In this document: positions 12,235 through 25,256 of the stretch, piece after piece
Numbering within the stretch: position 1 is the stretch's first letter
Layout: each line of letters begins with the position of its first letter
Assembly (NCBI RefSeq): GCF_036321535.1
Contig: NC_087437.1
Location: 14,262,001 to 14,326,000 of the forward strand
Reading direction: 5' to 3'
DNA from: Camelus dromedarius
Lineage: Eukaryota
DNA: 64,000 bases
Notes under the pieces: model-generated
Databases searched by the model: none
The model's input: only the letters and a program-made list of their open reading frames with translations
Told to the model about the DNA's origin: nothing
Program-made: the position numbers and the translations under genes

Positions 12235-13439
12235 GGGCTCACTTTTCTGTAAATTCATTTATTAGGTCATCAAAATTTACTTTTAGCAACTTCATTTTGA
12301 ATCAATATAATTCAAAGTGACATCAGTAACTTTTACCAAATGCAAGTTTACAAGTAATTTTTGATAATTTTTAATTCTGAGGAAAATGAAGGAAAGGCTC
12401 TTTCTGTTGATGATTCTTGTGGAGCAAGTTTTCTAAAAAGATTTAACTCTTCATACAGATCACTTTCATCTAAGTCTGAATTTAATTTTAAATGTAAATT
12501 TATACAATGGCGTTTTAGTGTTTTCTCTGACCTTTTCTGTAGCTTTTAGAAACTGACTTTGTGATTTGTGTATCATTCAAAATGCTTGCTTTTCTATTGC
12601 TGTATTTGCCCTTACAAAGAAAAATTAATTTTTATTTTCCTTATTAATAAAGAACTCATTTGACATTTCATATAAAAACAGCGTTCTTTCCCATCAAATG
12701 CAACAGTTTTAAATTTGATTCTAAGCCTGTGTATATTTGTTTCCCAATGTTATAGCAGTCTTCAAAACTAGAGATTCTAAAATGTTTAGAGTTGAGCAAC
12801 TACCTGATACGCTTTATTGCAATGTCTTTTTTGTATACTTTTATTTTAAAATAATTTACTGACAAAGTTTACTGCCTGAGTGCCAGCAGTTCCTGTCATG
12901 CTGCTTAGTCTGGAGAGTTAACATTTGTGCAGATGATGTGAGGATGGGCCCTGGAGATGGACAGGCAAGCTGTCTTCCCACTGAAAATCCTGGTGCTGCT
13001 CCCGTGTGAAACCCCTCCCCTCCTGGGCTCCCCGCCACCACTGCTGCCTCTGCTACTTCTCCTGTCACTGCCAACATCCTGGGCCCAGGTCTCTTGGCCC
13101 TGGCCTCCTCTTTGGGGTGTCACAGCACTCCAGACCGCAGCAGGCGTGGTGTGGGCACCGGGCAGCCAGGCCAAACGGTCTGCGCTCTTATTGCCTGCTG
13201 CTCGCCACGCAGGCTGGGACCTGAGCTCACGCACACACACAGAGACACTCTGGCGTATCTCCCCTGCTCATATACCTGTTTCATTGTCCCATAGGATTTC
13301 ACTTTCAAAGCACAAGTTCAAAGATCAAATTATTAAGAAATTCAAGGTGATGATGGCAGAGCCTGAAGCCAAGCGCTGGGCCTTTTCAGAGCTGCATCCT
13401 CTGCCTGGCACAGGCTGCGTGCCCGTGGAGCTGGCCCTG
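12235..13439 (-). mobile_element. hAT-Tip100 element (MER45R/Zaphod-related) with transposase remnant
   Basis: The minus-strand terminus cagggccagctccacgggcacgcagcctgtgc...ttgaatttcttaataatttgatctttgaacttgtg is the MER45 5' end. Minus 12479-12348 reads SDLDESDLYEELNLFRK...ERAF...LKIIKNYL, followed by NFDDLINEFTEK, resembling the hAT C-terminal dimerization domain. Confidence 0.8.
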
Positions 13440-13504
13440 CCCAGGGCAGAGAGTGAGCCAGTCCAACACGCACTGGTGCTGAGGTTGAGAACCCTGCTGT
13501 AGAT

Positions 13505-13820
13505 TAGTTTTGTCTGATTTAGAATTTCACATAAACAGAATCAGAGTCATTCTTCCTCTCTAAGTTAGATTTGTTGAGGTATAACTTATATACAAGTAAG
13601 AGCCATCCATTTGCATGCACAGATCTACGAGTTTTGACAAACACACAGAATTGGGTAATTAACACCACCACAATCAAGACATAGAATATGTTCATGTATA
13701 ACTGAAAAATTGTACTCTACACTGGAATTTGACACAATATTGTAAAATCATTATAAATCAATAAAAAATGTTAAAAAAAAAGACATAGAACTGTTCCATC
13801 ATTCCCCTCAAATTTCTCTC
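13505..13820 (-). mobile_element. Old L1 (L1MB-like) 3' end, interrupted by a young L1 tail
   Basis: tttgttgaggtataacttat...gagttttgacaaa...accaccacaatcaagacatagaa. Confidence 0.7.
13687..13779 (+). mobile_element. Very short young L1 3' tail (93 bp)
   Basis: tgtataactgaaaaattgtactctacactggaatttgacaca...aataaaaaatgttaaaaaaa, with an 11-bp TSD aagacatagaa at 13676-13686 and 13780-13790. Confidence 0.85.
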
Positions 13821-14211
13821 ACAGAGATTGGAGTTGATAGAACAGAGAAAGATGACTTCAGATGAATGCAGGAATCCTCAGCATGATGTGGAAATTGATT
13901 TGGGAGCCTTAAGGAAAAAGAAGATGACCAAACCGGTGAGATCTGACCTGCAGAAGAGGGTGTCTATTAATGGGAAGAAGACATTTATAAGGAATTAATC
14001 AATTTTTAAACATTTGGGATCATGGTGTATTTTGAATATGCTGGCTATTTAAGGGCCTAGAGTTTTCTGAAATACTAGTGTTATCTTTCATTCAGATTTA
14101 TTCATTTCATTCAGGGACGATTGGATTTACTTTTACTTTTATTACCTCTGAAATTACTTCCTTCTATGTAACTAGAACAAAATAGCATAAGGGGAGAGCT
14201 GTATGGGCAGA

Positions 14212-14250
14212 ACACACACACACACATACACAGACACACACATACAAACA

Positions 14251-14282
<32 letters not shown>
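14212..14282. repeat. Imperfect (CA)n microsatellite
   Basis: About 35 CA units with a few interruptions, read directly. Confidence 0.97.
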
Positions 14283-14283
<1 letters not shown>

Positions 14284-16149
14284 TCTAAGCGCTACAACCT
14301 GAGGCAGGTGGGGACAACTTATCCCAGAGGAAGTTTGTCACAGGTGCTTTGATGGCTTCGACCTCAGAAATTTCTTAAGGTGTTACAGATTTATTTGTTG
14401 TCCTGATTCGTTGAAATGCTCACGAGTGAATACATTGAGTGAAAAGAAGATATCACACAGTTCAACTGAGAAAAGAAAAGAGAGAAAGATCATAACTCCA
14501 ATACAAGAAAAATAAATCAATGTAGGGAACGCATTTGGGGAGGCAGCTTCAACACTGGATCGCATGAAAAGGCAGGTGGCAAAAGGGAGCCACGAATGTC
14601 AGACCAATTTTTTTTCTATTTTTCTACCGTGTAGGGCCAACTTGAATGGGGTTCAAATTACACACAGTGAAACCTGAGAACTCTGACTGCCCAGGCAGCA
14701 GGGATGGAGTAGGTCAAAACATTTCACATCAGTTCTCTGCAAATTCCCAGAACTGAATATACCCAAGAAAATTGAAGTTTTGTGTCCACATGTGCACACA
14801 AACCCATACTCCCAACCTATCATTCAAACAGGCACTCTGTAGACTTTCATGGGGTATTTATGAGATGGTGTGTGAATAAAAATTAACTATGCATGTGTTT
14901 TTGTTACATGGACCCAAAACTCGATTAAATAATCAAGCCTTTGCTTACTGAACCACGATGTTGTCCTTCCGTTTTCTGCTCTATGTTGCTTATGTTTTGG
15001 ATTGCCAACCCGTGAGAGGCAATTTTCAATGTAGAGAATGTTTGCTCCTGGATGCAGTGGGGTTATCATGAGGGGTTGTCATAATTGCAGAAACAAAGAC
15101 AGTGGGACTTGAGGCTTGGGAAGGCAAGACAGGAATGCAGGAGGCAGAGTGAGTGCTGCATAGACGTTCACGGGTGGTGGCAAACAAATACGAACATTAG
15201 AAACACTTCTTTGACGTTATCTCGTAAAAGACTGAACTGACATAGGAGATGGTGGTTTGATATTCAGCTTCAAGTGCTCTCCATTCCTCTTCCAGGGCAT
15301 ACGTATATGTATGCACTACAACTTGTAATTTGATTTCTGAAAGTAACTGAGATACGACCTCCCAATTCCCTCATTCCCTCTGGGATCCATGAATGCGTGG
15401 GCTGTGAATCATGCCTGGGGGCTCTTAGAATGACTTCACTAAGTAACGACATGTCAAACTTAACTTGGGTTTTTACGGCAGATTTTATGGAGAAGGAAAA
15501 AAATAACTGTATTTATTAAACTGACAGTGTCTAAAATTATCACTGACTGTGTTTCTTGAAATGCAACCACTGCTGCCGCTTTAATACAGGTTCATTTTGT
15601 CTATAGGATTATTGTGTCATGATAAGGACTGACCATCTTTACAATTTATTTGTTTGGGTTCAGATACATCCAGAGGGCGTGATGCAGCACTCAGCCCGAG
15701 TGTGATCCCAGGCTACAGACACTAAACACCAGACCAAAGAAGGATTTATCACAGGGTCTAGTCTGTCCTTGAATGTTTTGCTAAGCCTTATATGTAAGAA
15801 GAGTGGGGAAAAAAATTTTTTAAAGGAAAGGAAGAAACCAAAATTTAATGAACAGCTATTATGTTGGTCAAAATTGTCCCAGAGTCAATGTAGTGCCATA
15901 CACCCACACCAGATGGATTGCCATGAACGAGAGTAAAATGAGAGACTGTCTGTATGTCTAGAAGGTTTAGAAACGCCCAAAATACCAGTCACAGTTATCT
16001 AGCATTTATCTCAAGGTAATAAAAATACAAAGGGATTGGACATTTTTAAGCAGAAATTATTTCCTCTTTTAGAGAGAGATAGGGTGAAAAGAACGAAGTA
16101 TTTTTAAAGGGAGAGTAAGATGCAAACATTGTCAGGGCACCTGGAAGCG

Positions 16150-16590
16150 CCATCCAAGAAGAAGGAGAAGCCGACAGATCACAAAGGCTTTGATGAAAAG
16201 AGGAGAGAGTTCTTGGCCAAGTGCTCGGAGTTGGGCCACTTCCGGAGCAAGAGCTGCTCACAGTGAGTTTGGGTGGCACAAAGGTGTGCCATCCAGCAAC
16301 TTCAGGGTCTGCCTTAGCTGCAGAGAGCGGCCAGTCCAAGGACTTGACCTTCTCAAGGCAGGCGTACTCAGTGACGAGTGAGGCAGGAATGTACAGTTCT
16401 GCTATCTTGACCCGATACTGGACAACTTGCATGGGGAGGACTGGCTCCACGCTCCCTGCTGGGTGAGCTAGGGCTACCTCACCGCCTACCATCTCCCCTT
16501 TCCCTGTCCTGCTTCCTCCCTCTTCCTTCCCCTGGTTTGAGTGCACCCCGAACTGTCTCAGCATTACTTCCTGAGAACCCAAACTGCAAT
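16150..16590 (+). mobile_element. ERVL LTR (LTR16-like)
   Basis: tctgccttagctgcagagagc...tcctgcttcctccct...ctgtctcagcattacttcctgagaacccaaactgcaa. Confidence 0.7.
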
Positions 16591-17354
16591 GGTGAGTAAC
16601 AGTATCCCAGATTACCGATGTGGAGAGACACCTCTCAGGATGTCTCAATATTCAAGATACATGTGATTTCAAATCATACCTTTGGTGTAACTTCATGCCC
16701 ACAAATTAATTTTCTATCATCTCATTTCCATGTGGTTTGCCTAAAAAGAAAGAATGTTCTGCTCAGGCCATCTTCAGCATCTAGCTTACCTGACAGTTGT
16801 ATTTTTCATTATAAATAAGTAAGTTAGCCTTTTGATACTCAGCCTCTGCAAACCTTATTAATATGAGTCTGTTGCTGGGACATGGACTCATTCTCAGAGT
16901 GCCCACCAAATCAGTGTCTTGAGCACATAAGATTCAGGACCAAAATCGGAGCATGGCGAGGTCAGTGTTACAGCAGTGGACATGTTACTGCGTCTGTCCA
17001 GGAACACTTCTGCCTTCTCTTCTTTGGGATTCTTTTGACTCTCTCAAACATCCCCACCACCACCACGACTATCACACCAGCATCACAGGGGTCGACCTGT
17101 GCCCCAAGCTTCACTGATGAAGTTCCCTCTGCTGGAAATTTGAATCCCCAGGGGAGAGGCGCACGGGACAGAAGGTAGCTGAGTTATATGAGGGCAGAGC
17201 TTAAATGGTTGCCCTTGAATTCCTGATATCATGTTTCCTAAAACTGTCCCAGGACGTATACTCTCAAGCCTTGTTTGTTTAGTATCCCTCCAATTTGTAA
17301 ATGACTCCAGCCGTCTTCCAACAAACGCCCTTTATCTTCTCAAGTTAATTAACA

Positions 17355-17830
17355 TATTGGTCAGATCTAACTGAGAAAACGGAAACTACTTAAGTGTTCT
17401 GGAATCAGATACAAGGGGTTGTTAAGGGGTGATAGAAGATCTGTGAAGCCAACCTCAGACCTGAAAACAGCACAGAGATTAGCCACAGCAAGAAGCTACT
17501 CTCACCTTTAGGCTGGAGGGACCAAGGGGGAAGGTGGTGTTACCTGAGCCCAGGGGCCCCAGTTACCAGGAAGAAGGTGAAACCACGAAGACCTGTTTGC
17601 ATGAACTAGAGCAGCGAAGGCAACCCAGCTGCAGTAGGAGAAGCTGCTGGAGAAAGGCCCTGGCTTCTCCCTTCCTGCTGCCCTCCAGACTCTCACAAGC
17701 ACCTCCCATTGGCCGAAGCCACCTGACCCGGAGCCTGGGAAATGAAGCCACCAGGTCAGGCCGACTGCAGTGCAGAGCCCAGTGCAGAGCCCAGGGCAGG
17801 TACTGTCAGGGTGCACTTCAGTCCCCTCCA
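17355..17830 (-). mobile_element. ERVL-class LTR (LTR33/LTR41-like)
   Basis: cacctcccattggccgaagcc...ggagcctgggaaatgaag motif shared by old ERVL LTRs. Confidence 0.55.
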
Positions 17831-19254
17831 TGGAAAACCTCAGAATGATACAGCCATTTGGGGGACTTTCAAGAGCAGGCAGCATGTATTTCTTAGATGA
17901 TAATTTCTACCGTGAACTGTGCACCTTATTGGAATGGTAATTATATAAGGCAAGCACTGTGCTAGACACAGTTTACATTATTACAAAGCAGATCTAAATA
18001 CTCAGTAAAACCCACTTAACTCCTGGGAATTGGCATTAAGAGAAGCTAATATGAAGTCACATCCATTCAAAACTTTTCATATACCACCCAATAAAAGGTG
18101 AATCAAACCCTATTCTCTTAATAATTCCAAACTTAACATACATGTGCCGTGTGAATGAGGTATAGAGCCTCGTTAATTGAGTTCTGGGGAATGGAGAATA
18201 GAGAACCAATTGTCAAAACCTCAAGGAATGCATTTGTTTACTATGTTTTGTAGGAAAAAAACAATTAAAGCTGGAAAGTTACTGAATAAACATTCAATTT
18301 GCTAACGGTGTGTTTAAAACATGTCAATTACTCTGCAAAAATCCCTCCGGAAAATGAAATGAATTGGATTCCTATTTTCATTGTTGTTGTTTTATTTCTA
18401 ATTCGTGTTTCCTTTGTGCTTTCATGAAAAGAAGCTGTTTCACTGGAGGGTATGTGTTTACTTACTTTTTTAATAAATATCTAGCAGAAAAATGTACCTT
18501 TTATGGCACAAGTATTTTTAGCAGGTGTTCCAGAGCAAGTTGCTTACGGTGCTGCCTCCCCGGCATGTTGGCATAATAACAATGTCATTTTTTAAATTGC
18601 TAAGGCTATAGATTTTCAATTTCATTCTTGCTTGTGGAAAATTACAAAAGAAAACAGATATTTTTAAAAGGAAAAATAAGCCTACCCACCACTTTTGATT
18701 TGTGGAGAAAACAATTAGAATAAATCATTTAACTGTAATAGGGATTTAAAATGTGCTCTAAAGGAAATTGGGTTAAAATACCAATTTTGATTCGAAGCTA
18801 TCTCTTAAAGCATAAATAATTAAGGATACTACAACATAACACCCAAACACTATTAAGAACTAAATAAGCATGGCTTTGCTGATAATTTATAAGAAGTGAT
18901 AAGATTTAGCTTGGACATAAAGATAAACATTACCTAATGGTCAACCCAGCCAAAATGGTGATAATTTAGTTTTGTGCACCTGAAACATTCTAATTGTCAG
19001 ATCTACACACATCTCTGGTTTCCAATTTTGCCCCCCTCCCAAAAAAAAAGTCTGAGAAGAATTTAGTTTCAGAGATTTAGAGTCCTTCTAGTTTCCAGAC
19101 ATAGGATTATGGGAAAGAGAGCAAATAAAGGTGGACTTTACAATGCATAAGATTAGGACCTTTCTTGAAGGTTGTGGAGATAGTTCTTGTACTGAAAATG
19201 AAAGTTAGAAAATGTTGCATGTCTGAAAAATCTCTCAAGACTAAATTCAGACCC

Positions 19255-21080
19255 AATTTTTGTTTGTCTGAGAGAGTATTTCTCTTTGGCTTTTGAAGGA
19301 CAATTTCACTGGATATAGAATTCTAGATGTGTGATTTTTTTTTCTTTCAGCACTTTAAATATTCAACTCCACTTCTTTCTTGCTTGCATAGTTTCTGACA
19401 AGACGTTCACTGTAATTTTTACTTGTTCCTCTGTAGGCAAGGTGTTTCCCCCTTTGGCTTCTTTAAAGATTTTTGGCTTTCTGTAGTTTAAATATGATAT
19501 GCATAGGAGGAAATTTGGGGGGATATTTATTCTATAAATTATGGTGATATTCTCTAAGCTTTCTAAATTTGAGATTTGGTGTCTGCCATTGATTTTGGAA
19601 AATTTCCTGCTTTATCACTTCAAATATTCCTTCTGCCCCATTTTTTTTTCTTTCTTCTCTTGATAGATTTTGAAATTGTCCCACAGTTCTTGGATATCAT
19701 GTTGCATTTTTTTTTCATTGCTTTTTTCTCTTTGCATTTCAGTTTGGAACATTTCTATTGCCATTTCTTCAAGCTTAATGATTCTTTTCTTGGTTGTATC
19801 TGGTCTACTGATGAGTTTATCAAAGACATTCTTCATTTTTGATGCATTAATTTTTATTTCTAGCATTTCCTTTTGATTCTTGCTTAGCATTTCAGTCTCT
19901 CTGCTTATATTACCTGTCTATTCTTGCAGGTTGTCTGCTTTTTCCATGAGGCCCTTAACATATTAGTCCTAATTATTTTGAATTCCCTATCTGATAATTC
20001 CAAAATGCGTCATATCTGAGTCTGGTTCTGATACTTGCTTTATCTCTTCAGACTCTGTGTTTTTTTTTTCCCCTTGCCTTTAGCACACCTTGTATTTTTT
20101 TCTTGTTGTTGTGGAGAGCTAAATATGATGTACCAAATCACAGGCACTCTTGTGACTAGACCTTTTTTCACCTTCATTGACTAAAACTTTTATGTTACCG
20201 TGGTTGCGAGCTGGGCTGTGCCTGGAACTGGCTGTAGCTGTAGTTCTGGAAACTTCTAATTCCTTTAGTGTCCTTGCTTCTTTCTCCCCTGTCATCTTTG
20301 GATTTCCCTAAGGACCCCTTCTTAAACAGAGTTTGCACCTTACAGCCCTGTCTGCTGTCACCCACTCTTATTTTACTGGAGCCCTGTTGAGTTGATGTTA
20401 AGATGTGGCAGAGGGGAAGTATTCTATAATCTAGTGATTAAATCTCAGTCTTTTACTGGGTCTGTGACCCTGGGCTGTGACCTTCACAAGTGTTTCCGCC
20501 CATATGGTTTCCCACCTTACGTGAGACAAGAAGGCTAGAAGGTGCTGGAAGCGAGCAATTGCCTTTCCTCCTAGGTGAGATACGGCTCCCGTCAAGTCTT
20601 TTTACCTGGAGAGTAGGTCTTTGTCATGAAGAATTCTCTGGGTGTATTTCAAAGCTGTTACACTTTCCCCTGTGCTACGAGAGACACAGGGGATTTTCCT
20701 TGACTCCGCCATGAGAACCTAGTAGAGTTCCTAGAAACAAGACCCACGATAGTGTGGGGACCCCCGATACCATGCCCTCCAGGTGCTGCTCGCTTTCACG
20801 CTAGTCCACCCTCCGCCTCCAATTCATCAAAATGACAGACTAAGTGTTCCTACCAGTTCATGGCTCTAGCAGCTGATGCTCCAAGCAAGCTGATCTCAGC
20901 TGTGAGTCTCTGTATTTGCCTGTCTTTCCAGATTTCAGGGTGGCAGTGTGCTTTGTGACTTGAATTCTCTTATGGGTACAAGAAAAGTCATTGATTTTCA
21001 GTTTCTTGAGATTAATTTCTTATTGTAAGGATGAGACATCTTCCAAGCTCTTCACATGTCAGAAGTTAAACTAGAAGACC
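19255..21080 (-). mobile_element. Old L1 5' UTR and ORF1 (L1M4/L1MD-like)
   Basis: ORF 19615-19890 (NQKEMLEIKIN...KLISRPDTTKKRIIKLEE...IQELWDNFK) is the L1 ORF1p coiled coil. ttccaagctcttcacatgtc near 21040-21060 resembles the L1M 5' terminus. Confidence 0.85.
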
Positions 21081-21259
21081 TTTCTGTGATCATTTCTAAG
21101 AAAATGTTACATCCTCATTTTCAATCCCCTCCCTCTTTCAGGGAGATAGTTAGCATCCAGAATCGTTGTCTAGGATTAATCATTATCCAAAGGGGTGTTT
21201 GTTTTATCTACCCATCTGTGCTTTTAGACCATTACTGCCTATGTGTTCTCTTTGGACAA

Positions 21260-21660
21260 TTGTATCAGTTATCTTTTGATATGTAGCAAAGCATGATGGC
21301 TTAGTATTATTTCTCACAGTTCCATAGGTCAGCTGGGCAGTTCTTCTTTCTGGGGTAGGGAGTAGATCTCTAGTTGGCTTCACAAATGTGTCTGGCAGTT
21401 GGCTCAGCGTCAGCTGGTATGACAGGAATTGCTTGATCGTGTCTCTCGTCATCTAACAGAATGGCCCTGTGATCATACACATTGTTGTGGTCACAGGGCA
21501 CCCAAGAGCATCAAGAGAGGGCAAGGCATGATGCCCAAGCACTGATCAAGGCTCTGTTTGCGGCAAGCTTGCTATTATCCTATTAGTCAGAGCAAATCAC
21601 ACAGCTTAGTCATTGTGGAAGAGGACTTTACATGGAGATGAATATAGAGGGGAAATTATC
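21260..21660 (-). mobile_element. MaLR LTR (MLT1)
   Basis: tgtatcagttatc...atttctcacagttccataggtcagctgggcagttctt...ttagtcagagcaaatcacacagc. Confidence 0.7.
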
Positions 21661-21784
21661 CTGCCCATTTTGGCAGACAACTTCCCTAAATATACGAGTG
21701 TTCAGGTTTCTAAAATGTGTCATAAATGGAAGCAGAAATCCACTTCTCTTTGCAATGTGCCTTTGTCACTCAGAACACTCTTTA

Positions 21785-21964
21785 TGCTTTAACACTACTG
21801 ACACTTTGAACCAAGAAATACTTTTTGTAAGAGGCTGACCTGTGCATTGTAGGATGTTTAGCAGTATCCTCTACTCGCTAGATGCCAGTAGGGACGATGA
21901 AAAATGCCTCCAGGCATTGCTCAGTGTCCTGGAGGACAAAATTACTATGGTTGAGAATCATCGC
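21785..21964. mobile_element. MER20 hAT-Charlie MITE
   Basis: ctgtgcattgtaggatgtttagcagtatc...ctagatgccagtag...ggttgagaatca. Confidence 0.85.
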
Positions 21965-22035
21965 AGTCTAAAGGAATACAACTAGAAGTTGAAATTGCTG
22001 GGTAATTGGGAAGGCACATCTTCCAATTTACTACA

Positions 22036-22425
22036 TACTATAGATTGAATGTTTGTGTCCCCTCAAAATTCATGTATTAATAGTTCATAGTGAAGAAAAA
22101 ATTAGGTATTGAAACCTAATCTCCACTGTGACGGTACTTGGAGGTGGGGCCTTTCAGAGACAGTTAGGACATGAGGCTGCAGCACCCAAGAATGGGATTA
22201 GTGCTGTTGGAAAAGAGACTCCAGAAAGGTCCTCACGCCTCCCTGTCGTGAGGACACAGGGAGACAGCCATTTGTGAGCCAGGAAATGGGCTCTCACCAG
22301 ACGCCGAACCTGCCAGTGCCTTGGTCTTGGACTTCACAGTCTCTGGAACTTTGAGAAATAAATTGTTGTTTAAGCCACCAAGTCAACGGTATTTTTGTTA
22401 TAATAGCCCAAATAGAACTAAGACA
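22036..22425 (+). mobile_element. MLT1A-type MaLR solo LTR nested in an old L1
   Basis: tactatagattgaatgtttgtgtcccctcaaaattcatg...aataaattgttgtttaagccacc...aactaagaca, with a degenerate 5-bp TSD ctaca/ccaga. L1ME-like minus-strand sequence lies on both sides (about 21970-22690). Confidence 0.88.
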
Positions 22426-23035
22426 CCAGAACTTATCAAATTGCTTTCCAGAAAGCTATAACAATTCACACTCCCCAAGTCAGTGTGTGAGAGTTTATGT
22501 TCCTTCACAGCCTTGCCATGACTTGGTTTTACCAGACTTTTTTTTTAACTTTTATGAATCTGATAAGTAAAATTGCTTCTGATTATTGTTTTATTTTTCA
22601 TCCTATGAATTCATAATGAAGTTGAGTTTTCTTATTTATTGGGAATTCAAGTTTCACCCTCCTTGAATTGCCTTTTCATATCCTTTCCCACTCCTGAATG
22701 AACAGTGGGACTAGACAGAAAAGATCCCTCCTCCCTTGGAAATATCTGATTCTAATGCTTCCAAGTCTTTTTGATTCATGTCATAGAGCTCTTTTCTGTC
22801 TTATACCATTTTCTGTCTAAGGGGAAATAAGAATTTCACTGTCTATATTCCAAAGGCAGTGTAACCTCCTTGCCTTTATCAGCTTGATATTTTTTATTCT
22901 AATTCAGATAACATGTTACTATATGGGTTCCTACACTTCCTTCCCATCAGCCTTTGCAAAGCGACTTATTTACATAAATAAATAGATTAATCCCCAATTG
23001 AACCTAATTTTTGCATGTTAGTGGTAGTAGTTGTA

Positions 23036-23075
23036 AAAAAACAAACAAACAAAACAAAACAAAACAAAACAAAAC
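23036..23075. repeat. (CAAA)n/(CAAAA)n simple repeat
   Basis: Read directly. Confidence 0.9.
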
Positions 23076-23169
23076 ACAAGGAATCTGAGCTTTTGTGGTT
23101 GTTAACTCTTTATCCACAGACTCGCTCTTAACAATGACTCACACTTTGTGACACTGCAGGAGCCAGTCA

Positions 23170-23325
23170 CTGCTCTCTGTACTTTACAACTGTTTACAAT
23201 TGTTAGGCAATTTAATCCTCACAGCACACCATGAGGATACTGTTACTATCCCCAATTTACAAATGAGAAAACTGAAGAGCCAGAAATGAAGCTACATGAC
23301 CAAAGTTCAAGCATTTCAAATGTCA
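23170..23325 (-). mobile_element. MIR SINE
   Basis: atttaatcctcacagc...atcccaatttacaaatgagaaaactgaag. Confidence 0.75.
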
Positions 23326-23329
23326 GTGT

Positions 23330-23755
23330 TGCTGCAGGTTGGGTTCTCCAGAAAGCAGATCCAGAGATGAAGTTTAGCGTGTAGGAAGTTCAATAAGAAA
23401 TGTTCTCAGAACCAACACCTGTAGACGGCAAGAGACGAAAGGGTTGGTATTGGGCAGAAAGAGTGTGTGGACCAAATGCAGTCTTAGCAGTAGCCTGTGT
23501 CAGCACCAGGGGAAGCTCTGAAGCTGAGGTGGGCTTCAGAGGGGTTCTAAGTAGGGTGAGGGGGCCAAGACCTCCACACCGACCAGTCATCGGATGAAGG
23601 CCGCCCTTGGGGAAGAAGGAGGCAGGACCTAGGTGAAGCAGCTCTCTCTAGCCAAGAGCATTTTCCAGAGAAGGAGAGCGTCCTCAGCCACCGGGAGAGT
23701 AAGCAGCTCAGTCCTGAAGGGGGAACTGGGAAGCATATCCAGCATCCAGTACGTA
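23330..23755 (-). mobile_element. ERVL LTR (LTR16C-like)
   Basis: gcaggttgggttctccagaaagcagatccagagatgaagtttagcgtgtaggaagtt...accagtcatcggatg. Confidence 0.8.
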
Positions 23756-23764
23756 AGGTGCCCA

Positions 23765-23880
23765 TGAATCAGTCAAGGATCTTAAAGGGCAGATTCTGAT
23801 TCAGTGGGTCTGGGCTGGGGCTGAGTCTACATGTCTAACAAGCTCCCGGGTGATTCCAATACTGCTGGTTTGTGACAGTA
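23765..23880. mobile_element. MER5A fragment
   Basis: agattctgattcagtgggtctgggctgggg...taacaagctcccgggtgattc. Confidence 0.75.
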
Positions 23881-25069
23881 ACGTTCTGTTCGTGCAGCTT
23901 CAATGTTGCAAAGTTAGGAACAGGACCTAAGCTGCCTGGTTATGAGTCTGTGGTCTTACCACTCAGCAGCACTGCTGCTTAAAGGAATTTCTCTACCAAC
24001 AATTTAACTCTAAAGAATCAGCTTGATATACCATGCCAGACAGACTGGCGTTAAAGCATTTTCAGGTCTCCTGGCCCACGCTGGCATTTTCTGAGCATGT
24101 TTTCCCCAGCATGTGCTAATTGCTACAGAGTATCATTGCTGGCTTTCTTAGTGACATTTCATCCAGGAAATTCTCTTCAGCTAGCCTGACAGTTTTTTGC
24201 CCCTGACCTTTAAGCAAGTGTATCAAATATGAGAATGATCCTAGCTATTTGGTATTCATAATTTGTGGCATACGTTTGGCTAGTATTTTTATCAGAAAAT
24301 TATCATTATTTTTCTATTCAAAGAGTTCATTAAATTCTTACGTAAACATTTATAATGTCTTAGAGCCATTTCCCCCCACCCTCCCAAGCAGTCTATCTTT
24401 AATTTCAAAATGAGAACCAGTAAGAGAATTGGATTTAATATTCAGGTTCATTTATACTCAACTTTTTGGGAACCATCTCTATCCTATAAAGTGAAACCTA
24501 TGCTAAGAATTTCCCAGGTTACAACTTCCTGTAAATCATATGATGGTACTTTTCTCATCACGTACCCTCCACTCGCACAAAGGGAAGAAGATAAACTGCC
24601 GTGTAATTTTGTAATGTCCACACAAAGGACAAATGTGAGAATCAGTAACGTGTGTCAACACTCACCTTGTTTTAAATTCTTATATGATCCAATTATTTTA
24701 CTTTTCATCATTTTAAAAAAAGTATGTGATAAGAAAAAAATATATATATATATGTATATAAATCTTGTGTAGGGATTGGATAGCAGAGACCTGGAAAGAG
24801 AAGTGCCCTGCTTGAAGGTATTTATGGCTGGTAGGAAATAAAATCTTGAACTGGGAACACTCTGGTTAAGAAATCTCTTCCTAGCTCAGTCTGTTCCTAG
24901 GCAACAAAAGTCTATGTTAAAAAAAAAACAAACAAGCACTTAGAGTAGTTCAGATTTCAGAGTTGTTCTTCATTCAGAAGATTCACAATGGAAAATCATT
25001 TGTTCGAATACTGCAGTTAATCATGGTGACTCTAAGAATCTGGGTCAGCAGACAGAGAAGTCGTGCTTC

Positions 25070-25256
25070 TAGAATGATGGCACAATGTGGTCCCCAGACC
25101 AGCAGCATGGGCATCACCTGGCAACTTGCCAGAAATGTGAATTCTGTGTCCCCATCCTAGATCTGCTGAATCAGAAACTGGGATGGGGCAGGAGCAGCGA
25201 TCTGCTTCACAAACCTCCAGGTAGTTCTGAAGCCCACAAAGGTTTGAGAACCACTG
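25070..25256. mobile_element. MER5A hAT-Charlie MITE
   Basis: tgtggtccccagaccagcagcatgggcatcacctgg...gaatcagaaact...gtttgagaaccactg. Confidence 0.88.

Noticed and set aside
12957..13502. 181-aa ORF with a signal-peptide-like Leu/Pro-rich start
   Set aside because: It lies antisense within the GC-rich end of the MER45R-like transposon, with no recognisable domain or splice context.
16046..16648. Longest ORF (200 aa, minus strand)
   Set aside because: It coincides with an LTR16-like element and shows no protein homology I recognise.
19615..19890. Coiled-coil ORF
   Set aside because: It is a decayed L1 ORF1p in a disrupted old L1, with no sign of domestication.
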